DNA of 63,509 bases, counting the filler, from Folioceros fuciformis (Eukaryota), in assembly GCA_049999805.1 (NCBI GenBank). It is 9 parts of 9 records of this genome, joined end to end, with 100 filler letters (N's around TTAATTAATTAA, not from the genome) between each part and the next. Parts side by side here need not be neighbours in the genome. Positions count along the whole stretch, not along the records: positions 21,341 to 27,489 come from JBNGIO010002897.1; positions 27,590 to 36,431 come from JBNGIO010002898.1; 7 more parts are not named here. One strand, 5' to 3'. Both the position numbers and the translations under genes were made by a program. The notes beneath the pieces were generated by a model. It saw only the letters and a program-made list of their open reading frames with translations. It was not told the origin of the DNA and did not search any database. The number at the start of each line of letters is the position of its first letter. Positions within the stretch are counted from its first letter, which is position 1. Below, piece by piece: positions 25,501-36,531 of this stretch.

Positions 25501-26925
25501 GCCTTGTACAGTGCAACAGACCCATCTGGATTCAGCTTGGTTTTAAAAACCCATTTGCACGTTACAGCTTTTCTCCCAGCTGGTAAGGGCTCCAACCTCC
25601 ATGTTCTGTTTTGAATGAGGCTGTCATACTTTGACTTGATTGCTGCCTGCCAGTCTGCTCCATGAGGTCCTGACAGTGCCTCCGCTATTGTAGCAGGTTC
25701 TCCAGCAAGCTCAGCAACAGAGAGTGCCTCAACAACAAGGGATTGTGCCGTGATACTCTGTGACTGTCCAATTGCAGCAATGCAAACTCCCTCTGCAGGT
25801 ATGTCCTCCACGTCATGCTCAGCAGCTTCCTCTGTTGATGAGGGTTCCTCTTCCGCAGGTACAGTCCCAAATTGTATAGGTTGATCAAGGACCTGTGTGG
25901 AATTTCGTGCTAACGTGCATGCTGATCGGGAGATTTGCAGGGAGTGGCTGGGTGGTGAATATGGGCGGCCTGTCCAGTTGTCTCGAGAAGGTCAAAATCT
26001 GGACGACTGACGTATCACAGGTGGAGACTAAGACTCCTCATCACCTGAAGACTCAACGACATCATTCTGACCATCTTCAGGCTCTGACTCAGAGGCAGAC
26101 ATGAACTGGCTGACTTCTTTAGGGGCATGAATCTCCTCAGCTGGATTTGATGGTGATTCAGGTTGAGTGTCCGAATCCTATTCAGGTTCTGAGGTCACCT
26201 CAGCTACTTCGTCACATGAGCTGGTAAGGTGATCATATGATTCTGACTGCCCTGAACCATCAGCATCTGAATTTGTGGCTATCTCAGATGTGACTGAGGG
26301 TTCTGTTGAATGTTTCTCAGGTAGTGAAGTGTGAACACGATTCAAGATCGTGGCTTCGTTGAAGACAACACTCCTGGCATGAATCATCTTCCTATTTTCA
26401 GGGTTGAATAATTTATACCCTTTTATTCCCTCTGAATAACCCACAAAAATGCATTTTTCAGCATTGGGTTGCAGCTTCCGTCGTTTCTCCTTTGGTACAA
26501 ACGCATAGGCTGGACTGCCGAATACCCAAAGGTGCAAGATTATGGGTTTGTGACCTGTCCACCTCTCAAATGGAGTGTTTCCAGGTACAGAGGCTGTAGG
26601 CAGTCTGTTTTTCATGTAGACTGCAGCTGCCACGGCTTCTGCCCAATATCCTAGTGACAGTCCTGCTTGAGCTAAGGAGGCCTTAGCCTGTTCCTAGAGT
26701 ATGCCATTACTCCTCTCAGCTATGGGATTCTGCTTCAACGTGTAGGAAATGGTAAGTTGTCTGCATATTCCCAATTCCCTACACAGCTGCTTGAATGAGT
26801 TTGACCCATACTCGCCTCCACCATCTGTCCTGAGTGTCTTCAGAAGATGAGAGGTTTGTCGTTGTGCATTTGCTAGGTAGTCCTTAAAATACTCTAAAGT
26901 TTGTGATTTCTTTGACAGGAAGTAT
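22511..26925 (-). mobile_element. Copia 3' half (integrase, RT, RNase H, PPT, 3' LTR ~22511-22740)
   Basis: RTDGGGEY, KCIFVGY, CKWVFK, YKARLVARGFSQ, YVDD, YTDADW. PPT TAAGAGGGAG abuts TGTCGC at 22740. Confidence 0.9.
23525..24800 (+). mobile_element. Solo long LTR (1276 bp)
   Basis: Termini TGTGGA...TCCACA with TSD GAACA (23520-23524 and 24801-24805). Internal CACTTCAG-type repeats. An inverted partial copy lies at 46127-46870. Confidence 0.9.
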
Positions 26926-27489
26926 TGTTGAGATACCTACCTAGGTATAGGTAACCACGTCACTAGGGCTTTATATATTTATCAATTCAGCTAGCCCTAA
27001 TATGAACAGTCACTTAGTCAATTTTGTACTTAAACACTTTTGTTGATTGATTAATGTAATTTATCTTTTGCCGAATATACAACTTCTCTCTCGCTCTCCG
27101 CTCTAGGAAATCTGACATGGTATCAGAGCTCATGTCTAGATCTATATAGTATGCATATACACTCATATGTGATGACAAGTATGTAGTAACTCCGAAGTCT
27201 GAACGTAATCCATATTTTATATTTTGTATGAAATATGGATTCCATGGAGAAAAGGAGACTACAGAATCGTCATACGTATAGTTTAGGAGTTTTGTCTATC
27301 AGAAAATAGCACATTCTATCAATATGCATTTCTATAAAACTCCTATGTCTAGAGTTACTTATGCCCTTCCGCTGCAAATGAGTGGAGAGCAGAAATTAGG
27401 CAAAAAAGCCTCGTCGCAATTCTGATAGGCGTGTGGTGTTTTTCAGAAATGCCAGATTTGAATGTCCCGCGTGTTGGGAACAGAACCCT
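26926..27489 (+). mobile_element. 5' LTR (26926-27117), PBS and leader of an LTR retrotransposon
   Basis: TGTTG...TGACA is directly followed by TGGTATCAGAGC. It is inserted in a copia integrase and ends at a gap. Confidence 0.85.
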
Positions 27490-27766
27490 NNNNNNNNNNN
27501 NNNNNNNNNNNNNNNNNNNNNNNNNNNNNNNNNTTAATTAATTAANNNNNNNNNNNNNNNNNNNNNNNNNNNNNNNNNNNNNNNNNNNNCTAACACCACA
27601 TGAGTTTAGCTCATATAGAGCTCGATAACTCAACATTTTGCACACCCACTTGTGTGCCCCCAGAGTCTCTTGCATCCTAGACATTCCTCTTAATGTGGAT
27701 GTTTGAGACTCCGCCACATGGTATCAGAGCCTAATTCTAGATGCTGATCTTTTTGGGCCTGCAACC

Positions 27767-28354
27767 ATGCCTTGTAGGAGGGTAGTTGATTCATCATTGC
27801 CCCGGGAGTTGCAACATCAAACTCGCCAAGGAGTGGAGTGGATTCCACCACCTCAACAAGGTCCATGGAGCCAAGAATATCTTGATGAATATCGGACTCA
27901 ACTCCGTGTATTTTGGCACAAGCAGGCCCAAGAGCGAAGACAACATCGAATTCAGTTATGTGAGCAGGATTTTGAAGGTGATTTCTAAGCAGCAAAAATC
28001 TCACCATCTTGTGTAAAGTAGAACCTTTATTCACGTTCCAACAATTCAAAATTGAAGGAGAAATTGAGCGCCTTAAAGGATATTGACCAAGAGAGATGAG
28101 GAGATTTTTCTAGAGATTTAATTCAAAAATATTTGGAGAGAATTGAAATTATATTTTCTTAATTACTCTCTAGGCATGAGTCTTTTTTGGAGTCAATTTA
28201 TGATATGGAAGAACGTTTGCAGCAAAAAATGAGCAATATGAGTTATGACATTAATCACGGCATTAAGTGCATCACACAATTGTTGCACTCAATGCATGTA
28301 ATTCCGAATGAGATGGAAGATTGCGTAGGGCCTGCAAGCCCTGTTGCAACCTAA
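27767..28354 (+). pseudogene. Extra sense ORF ('ORF0') upstream of gag, disrupted
   Basis: ATG lies 37 nt after the PBS. Pieces EPLFTFQQFKI, SKIF and IEIIFS*LLSRHESFLESIYDMEERLQQK align with 12073-12752. Confidence 0.6.
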
Positions 28355-31300
28355 TTTGAGAAAATTTTATGAGGTGGTTGAGTGGCAGCAGTTAGGGTTC
28401 CTGATTTGCCACAGCTGTTGCGCGCTCTATCCACAAATTCAGGGCTGCCTTTCAATTCTCGTTGCCCTGAACAACAGTTATGTCAGTTATTTTCCCTTTT
28501 AGTTATTCCAAACAATAAATTTTTGAAATAGCCCTAATTAATCAGACGGTTTTCAGTTAGGGTTCATATCTCGTTTTTCCATTTCATCTGAAGTGCTTCT
28601 TACCTGTATGTCTTCTTCCGTAGACTAGCTTGTTGTAGACTCAGTCATGGCTACTCCTACCTCTCCTATTCAACCAGGAGCAGTGTCTCCAACCTTCATA
28701 GGAGATCTGAAAGAAAAAGACCGTTTCAATGGAACGCATTATGATATTTGGAAAGTCAGAATGAAGTCTACTTTAATTGCTCGCGGAGTTTGGAAAGTAG
28801 TGGATGGCACTTACCCTGATCTTGGGACTCCTTTCCATCCAAGTGTTCCTGGCGCTGTTGTTGCTCCAGGCCAGAAGATCAAGTGGGATACAGCAAATAG
28901 CATAGCTGTTGCCCTGATTATTGCTGGCCTTGATTCCGATTTAGTCCTTGAAATCGAATTCTTGGAGTCTTCCAAAGCTATATGGGACCAGTTAGCTTCT
29001 ACCTACCAAGTAGTGAATTTGATGACGATGTGTGCTATTAGAGGAAAATTTATAAACCTGAAGATGAGAGAGGGGGACTCGGTCTCTGCTCACGCGAGCA
29101 AATTCCAGCACTTGCGTGCTCAACTAGCCTCCTTTGGCACTACCTTCATTGAGATCGAAGTGGTGTTACAGTTTCTTCTCAGTCTTCCTCCTAGCTATCA
29201 GACCTTCGTCACCACTCAGAATGTTCCTATCCAGGTTCCTGGTCAACCTGTCCCTGTAGGACAATCCACACCAACACTCAGCGCTGTTATTGGAGCATTA
29301 TACCAGGAAGAACAAGTTCGTCACATGCGCGGACAAGGATAGCATAAAGGCAAGAATGACAAGGTATATTTTGCCTGGAGGGGCAGAGGCCGGGGTCGTG
29401 GAAGAAATCAGTCTCAACGACCATCCAACATTTGCGGCCAGAGCTCCTCATCAAATATACAAAAACGCCAAGGCAACTGCAACTGGTGTGGGCTGCCTGG
29501 TCATTGGGCTCGTAAATGTCGCAAAAAGAAAGCTGGCGAACCTCAACGGGTGGTACCTCGTCCAGCCACTGCGACTTCAACCACCCAACAAAATAAAGAT
29601 AAGCATACAGTGGATTTCTCAACACCAAATTCAGGCAAGCCAGTTGTAAAGATTCTAACTATCTGTCTTAATACTCTAGCGAGTGATGTTGACAGTTGGT
29701 ACCTGGACAGTGGGGCAACGCGCACATCTGTCGGGAAGAGTCTCTTTTCACTTGCCTCACGTTTTCTTGTGCTCTAGACAAAGTCTACCGTGGTGATGAG
29801 AGTAGTGCCACTAGTTTAAGTATCTTAGGATCTGGAACTTGTAAGTTCCTGTTACATGATGACTCTGAGTTAGTGCTTCCAGATGATTTATATGTCCCAA
29901 AGATGGCAAAAAATGTGATGTCCTTGAGTAAACTCATGAAAATGAAGAGTCTAGTACTTATTGTATCAGGAACTGTATGTTGCTTCTCTAGACGTAGTGC
30001 TCCTGAAGTTTGTATTTTTAAGGCCTTCCTGGAGTCAGAATTGTATCGCCTAGACATATCCTGCACACATCGAGAGCACGTTTGTTCAACAACTAAAGGC
30101 AGCCTAACAACTATCTAGATGGCCAGGCTTTGGCATGCACGCCTAGGCCATGCTAACAAGACTAAACTCTTGGCATCATCTAGACAGGATTGTTACAGGG
30201 AGCCGTTACCTTCATGTTTCAAGGAACTCCCCACATGCAAGATTTGCGTTTTAACAAAGCAACGAGAAGCGTCATTTCCTCGCATACCTGCTCACAGAAT
30301 GATAGCAGTCCTGGATTTAGTACATTCAGACATTTCTGGACGACTGCAAGTCCCATCCTTAGGTGGAGTAGAATATTACCTTACCTTCACAGACGATTTC
30401 AATTGATATACCTTGACATATCATATGCAAAGGAAAAGTGATACATTTCCTCTTTTTCAAGAGTGGCTACTTCTTGTTCAAAGGTAGACTGGCCGTCTTC
30501 TCAAGGTTTTTAGATCTGACAATGGTGGCAAATTTGTCAGTAATTTATTCAAACAATTTTTGGAAGACAGAGGCATAATACATCAACTTATTGTTCCCTA
30601 CACACAGCAACAAAATGGCATGGCGGAGAGAAAGAACCAAACCTTAATGGGCATGACCAGATCCATGCTGTTGTGGTATGGACTTTCTTCTCCATACTGG
30701 GCAGAAGATGTGGTCACAGCAACCTATATTTTGAATAGACTTACCACTAAGGCTCTGCCCAATAAGACCCCATCTGAATTCTTCTAGAATCGGAAGCCAA
30801 GTATTTCACATCTTCGTGTTTTTGGCTCCAAAGCCTTTGAATATGTGCCTGCAGAGAAACGGCGAAAGTTAGATGATAGGGCTCTTCCCCTACTCTTTGT
30901 CGGTTACAGTGAAGTAACCAAAGCTTATAAACTAATTAATCCTAAAACTTTGCAGCCCACAATTGCCGGGAGTGTTACTTTTATTGAGATACTAAATCCA
31001 CCAGTTTTGGACAATGGAAGCTCACCTGGACATCCTACTGATCTTCTGTATGCCGAGAACTTTGTTGAATATCCAGTTGATGCAGATGGTGATGATGGTT
31101 CTGTCAATCCAGATGCCCTTCCTCCACTTGCAGATCAACAGCCTCTCCCCGCCAATGCACATCCAGATCATGACCTAGATCCAACTTTAGAAGAACGAGT
31201 CATCCCTGAACAACTTGTAGATGATCCTGAGTTACCTGCCCAGAATCACGACGTAGGTTTAGGAGACTCAAGTGACCAAAGTTCCATAGCTTCTTCTCCT

Positions 31301-33228
31301 GACTCTGAAGAAACATCTGATCTTACTCCTGTTCCCACACAACTAGTTCGTCGTTTAGAACGTATTAGGAACCCCAGATTAGAAACTCCTTTCAAGTCTT
31401 TGGATTTTTGAAAGTTCGTGTGCGTTTGCTTTCCTTTAGTCCAAGCTGTAGTACCATCCATCCCTCCAGAACCTGTCACGCTCACTGAGGCATTCACTGG
31501 TCTTGACAAATCAAAATGGAAGATGGTAGTGGATGACAAATTCAAAAGTCTTATTCAGAATGGTACCTGGCAGCTTGTTCCTTGTCCAGCAGGCCGCAGA
31601 CCCATCACTTGCAAGTGGGTCTTCAAACATAAGCTTAATGCTGCTGGAGAGATAGCCAGGTACAAGGCACGTTTGTGTGCCCGTGGATTTACACAAGTCC
31701 CAGGGTTAGACTTCCAAGAAACCTTTTCTCTAGTTGTCTGTTCCCAATCTATTCACCTCATGTTGGCTCTTGTGGCTGAACGTGACCTAGAGTTAGAGCA
31801 GATGGATGTGAAGACAGCCTTCTTGCATGGTATTCTAGAAGAAGAGCTGTACATGGAACAGCCAGAAGGCTATGAGGATCCTGCACATCTGAATTGGGTC
31901 TATAAGCTCATGAAGTGCATCTATGGACTGAAGCAAAGTGCAGAACGCTGGAATGCCAGGTTAGACACTTGCCTGAAATCTCTTGGCCTTAAGCAGAGTC
32001 CCGCAGATCCCTCGGTGTACATCTATGATGATGGAAAAGCCTATGTCTTGCTGGCTATATATGTTGATGACGCTATTTTTGCTTCCAACGACAAACCACT
32101 ATTAGCAAGAGTTCAAGACATGCTTTGCAAGGAGTTTGAAATGACAGATGTTGGAGAATTAAAATTTTGCCTAGGAATTCAAGTCCTTCAAGTTCAAGAA
32201 CAAGGCATGATCATTATCCATTAGCATAAATACATTTCTGAGATTTACAGCGATTCCATATGGCCACTGCACATCCTGCCGCCACTCCTGCTGCTGTTGG
32301 AACACGACTCAGCAAGAATGACTGCCCGACCTCAGCATTTGACAAGGAAGACATGAAAGATGTACCTTACAGGCATGCCGTTGGCAGCCTACTTTTTGTT
32401 AGCAACTGGACGAGGCCGGATATTACATATGCTGTCAACACCGCTTCTCAGTCCCTGGAATGCCTTGGACACAATCACTGGACAGCAATTAAACGCATTT
32501 TTAGATATCTGAAAGGTACTCCTCACCTTGGTTTGTGCTACAAGCGAACTGGTTTGGTTCCTACCTTACAGGGTTTTGCAGACGCTGACTGGGCCTTGGG
32601 CCTCAGATTCAGATTCCCGTAGGAGCCTCTCTGCCTATGTTTTCTTACTTTCATCTGCTGCTATAAGCTGGTCCTGCAAGAAACAAACAAGCATAGCTCA
32701 GTCTAGTACAGAAGCAAAGTATAAATGCTTGACAGAATCAGCAAAAGAGGTAGAGTGGGAAAAAGTGTTTCTTCAGTCTGTCCATGCTAAACAGTCTAAG
32801 CCAACCCTCCTCTTCTGTGACAATGCATCAGCCCTAGAACTTGTTGAGCGTCCTCGTTTCCATGCTCGAACCAAACACATAGAGATACAGCACCACTATA
32901 TTAGGGATGTAAAATCACGAGGAGTCGTTAGCCCCACCTATGTTAATACAGAAGCCAACATAGCTGATATACTGACAAAAGCTCTTCCTAGACACAAACA
33001 TGAGGCACATGTCAAAGGTCTAGGTCTCATCGATTTTTCTCCCCACCTTACACAGTGATGCAGTAGCCCTGTTCACTTTACAACAGTATTACTGGCTTTA
33101 CAATTCTGCACGTTGTTAGTGAGAGTATGTTCCCTTACATTTGTCCAAGTGGATCAAGCGTCACAGTTATATCCAGTCGTGGGCACGGTCATGAGCAAAG
33201 GAACCAAAATCCTACCTGGCCAAACCCT

Positions 33229-33744
33229 TTACCTCCCTTCCTTCTTCCTCCTGATTGCGGCTTGAGCCTTACGCACGTCATAACCGTCTTTTGAGAGCTC
33301 AGCCAGAACCTCTTCAAACTCCTCAACTGTTAGTTCGCGACCACCTTGTCCTGTGTTAAGCCCAACAGAAATTGTGTTTGCAAGTTGGGTTGCGCTTAGC
33401 TTGATAGCCTCTAGCTGCTTCTCCAGTCTTGCGCACTTGTCATCTAAACCCAAGAGGTCCTGAATCAGCTCCTTGTCCCTGGTTGTTGGCCACTTCTTGT
33501 TGGAACTTGCCGAGGCAACTAAGACAACAGAGATGGAGCTCCCTTCAACATCTGAGTCATTCGCTCCTCCGGCCACCTGAAGTCTAAGCTGAGACGTATG
33601 CCCACAGATTCAATTTCTAACCATATTGAAGACTGGTGGGAGCAACAAAGGTGCTACAGTGATCAAGAAAATGACCAGCCAGAGGAAGCAACTCACCAAG
33701 AAGGTCATGGGAACAATCTCTTTAGACATCGAATCCATCTCCAT
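33229..33744 (-). pseudogene. Antisense TM plus coiled-coil ORF (171 codons, one in-frame TGA at 33610-33612)
   Basis: MEMDSMSKEIVPMTFLVSCFLWLVIFLITVAPLLL...N*ICGHTSQLRLQVAGG continues in frame into the listed 115-aa ORF. Confidence 0.72.
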
Positions 33745-34141
33745 GCGATGCTCGTGAGAGTGCTACGGATTCAACACGTGGAGCCGGTGTTAACTTTCGC
33801 GTGCAGCCTTGAATGAAGCTGTTGAGATTTTTCGTGAGTCTAGAAGCGGCACTTGCCTCAGGGTTTAGGGTTTTTTCACCGTTTCCTATTCAGTTTCGTA
33901 TCTAAGTTTCTAACATAATTAACCCGTTCAAGGTTAAGTGGGTGTGTTAGATAAATAACTTCTTAGGGTTAAATAGATACAATTAAAGCTACTTTTGTTA
34001 GGGCGCATACCCTAAATGTACATATATGAATTTTTGTGTTTATTGAGTTAGTTGAGTATTTTGCACACCCACTTGTGTGCCCTTAGAGTCTCTTGTATCC
34101 TAGACATTCCTCTTAATGTGGATGTTTGAGACTCCGCCACA

Positions 34142-36431
34142 AAAATTACTCATCAAACTTCTTTTGTTGCATATGTGAGATGTAGCCCCAGAATCCAAGT
34201 ACCAAGCATCATGTGTCTTGGGAGGCTTGGATGTGGACAAGCAAGTCGTCATCACAACTGGCGATTTGCCTTGTGTTGTCTTGTCCTTGGAAATCGTGTC
34301 GGCCTCAGCCCCTCTATGAGTCTTCTCGGCCTTCTTAGGTTCTCCATTTTTCTTTTTATGATACGCCCGCTCCCAATGGCCGGGAGAGCCGCACCAATTG
34401 CAGGCTCCAACCTCTTGGTTTGACCTGGCTTGGTGTTTCCAGCCTTAGATGTGCTAGGTGTAGAGAAGTTTCTACCCTTGTGTTGTGAACGAGGTTTAAA
34501 GGTAAAAAGGACTTTATCTGTTTTGGTACGCCCAAAATGGGAATGAGAACCACTACGTGATTGCTCTTCTTGGAACAAGGCTCCTACAACATGGGTGAAG
34601 CTAATCTACACTGTTTGTCCTACAGCTGCGGCTCTGCCTGCATCTCTAAGTGAGGCTCTGTAGCTAGAGACAAAAGGCTGATAGCTTGAAGGAAGACTTG
34701 TAAGGAGTTGGGCTACAACATCTAAGTACGACATAGTATACCTTATGAAATCAGCTGTGATCTAAGGTGCCTAAACTTGCCCACAAAAACAGCTGCCTTT
34801 TCATTGTCACGCATACGAAGAGAGAAAAGCTCACTCCTTACAGCACATAAGGTTAGTATATTTTTCACATCATATGTCTGCGAAAGCTGGTTCCATATAT
34901 CCTCGACTTTAGCCAAATAGGCAACATCTGGAACTAGTACCTCATCAAGACCACTTATTAGGAGGGCTCGAGCCACATTATTGGCGTTGTCCCATCTGTC
35001 CTTATCGAATTGATTTGCGGTAGCTCCAGGTTGTTTGAAGTGTCCGCTCACAACGCCCCATACGTGCCTAGCATCAAGTGCTGCTTGCATGCGCACGCTC
35101 CACATGGGGTATTTGTTTCCATTGAACCTATCCCGCTCCTTGAACTCAACTGTATACGATGGCTGATAAATTAGTGTGTGTGCCTGTATAGGAAAATTAA
35201 AGCCTGCTCCCGATCTTGGCAAGGCAAGTGGAGGAGGCCCGTAAGCAGGTCCTGGCCCAGGCAAGGGATTTCCATATCCAGCTCCAAGGTTCGGCAACGG
35301 GTTGGAGAATCCAGCTCCTGTCATAGGCAAAGGATTCCCGGGACCAGCTCCATAGCTTGGCAGAGGATTGGAAAATCCCGCTCCTGGCGCACTGGAAAAA
35401 CCTGTTCCAGGCATAAAGGAGGGGATAGTGGGAAACGGCGTTGTGGAGAAGATTCCAGATGGAGAAGTAGTTGCCGTAATTGTGGTCGAAGCCGTATTCG
35501 CAGGGTTTGAAGATGTGGCGGCGAGAGTTGATGCTGCAGGCGTGCCTGAGGAGGCCGCTGCTGGCCCACCAAACAGAACCCCAGCCAGGCTGTGGCTAGG
35601 GATGCCACTGGAGCCTGGGGAGCCAGCCATGGAGTCTAGGCAGCGAGGGTATGGCAACCTCCACTCCGAGAAAACGGCAACCTAACTACAGGTTCAGGCG
35701 GCGGGCATGCAAAGGGCAAAGAGCGCTAAGGGTTGAGGGAGCTCATGCGTGGATCTTGCCCTCGATCTGCGAGGCCTTGTGCTTGGCTGTAGGGAGCTGC
35801 TTGTGTAGGGGAGGCCAAGAGAACTGCTGATGTCGTGGGACCCGAGCCACTGAAGGAAAACGCAGTCTTGCCCTTCCCTGGCTAGGCCTGTTAGCGACGA
35901 GGCTAAAGTAGCTTCTCGTTCCAAGCTCTCAATTTCTGTTGCTCCGAGGCATTTTCAAAATGCCGTTGTCTGCATAGTTTATCTAGCGATGCAGCAGAAA
36001 ACTAGGTTGATGATCTAGCATCATTAGGAACAATTTTTCAGAGGGCATGCTAGACTAAATCATGTGATGCAGGCAGTGGATGTTTTTAGAACACACTAGC
36101 CAGCATCCATATTTGGTAGTGGGTGCTGGGCGCCGTGTTTGTAAAACATTTCAGCTTCAACATCATTACCATAAAGTAAATTTTCAGACTAAAAATATAT
36201 ATAAGGAGTATAATATCTAAACAAGAATGCAAGAGCATTTATTACATGCCATACCCCTATCCTGTTGCTCTAAGAACAACGTATTGACAGCGCTGATACC
36301 ATGTTAATATTCTAGAGATGCTAGAAGATGCAGATAAGAGCAAACTTGTCAAAGAAAAAACAAGATAATTATTTTAAGTAATCAAAAGAGTGTCTTATAT
36401 ACATAAGTTGTTTAACTCTAAGTGACCTTTC
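34142..36431 (-). mobile_element. Copia 5' part (LTR 36302-36431, PBS, gag with Pro/Gly-rich N-terminal extension, protease start)
   Basis: PBS TGGTATCAGCGC at 36290-36301. FKERDRFNGNKYPMWSVRM; WYLDSGATSHIC is cut at 34142 by the previous element. Confidence 0.9.
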
Positions 36432-36531
36432 NNNNNNNNNNNNNNNNNNNNNNNNNNNNNNNNNNNNNNNNNNNNTTAATTAATTAANNNNNNNNNNNNN
36501 NNNNNNNNNNNNNNNNNNNNNNNNNNNNNNN

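Larger units (their letters stand above)
27645..34141 (+). mobile_element. Nearly full-length degenerate Ty1/copia element with accessory 5' sense and 3' antisense ORFs
   Basis: The 5' LTR remnant 27645-27718 matches the 3' LTR end (33945-34141). PBS at 27719. Gag starts at 28647, with PR, INT, RT and RH to 33058 carrying stops and frameshifts. PPT at ~33931-33944. Confidence 0.94.

Noticed and set aside
27118-27129. tRNA gene
   Set aside because: It is only the 12-nt PBS complementary to the tRNA-iMet 3' end.
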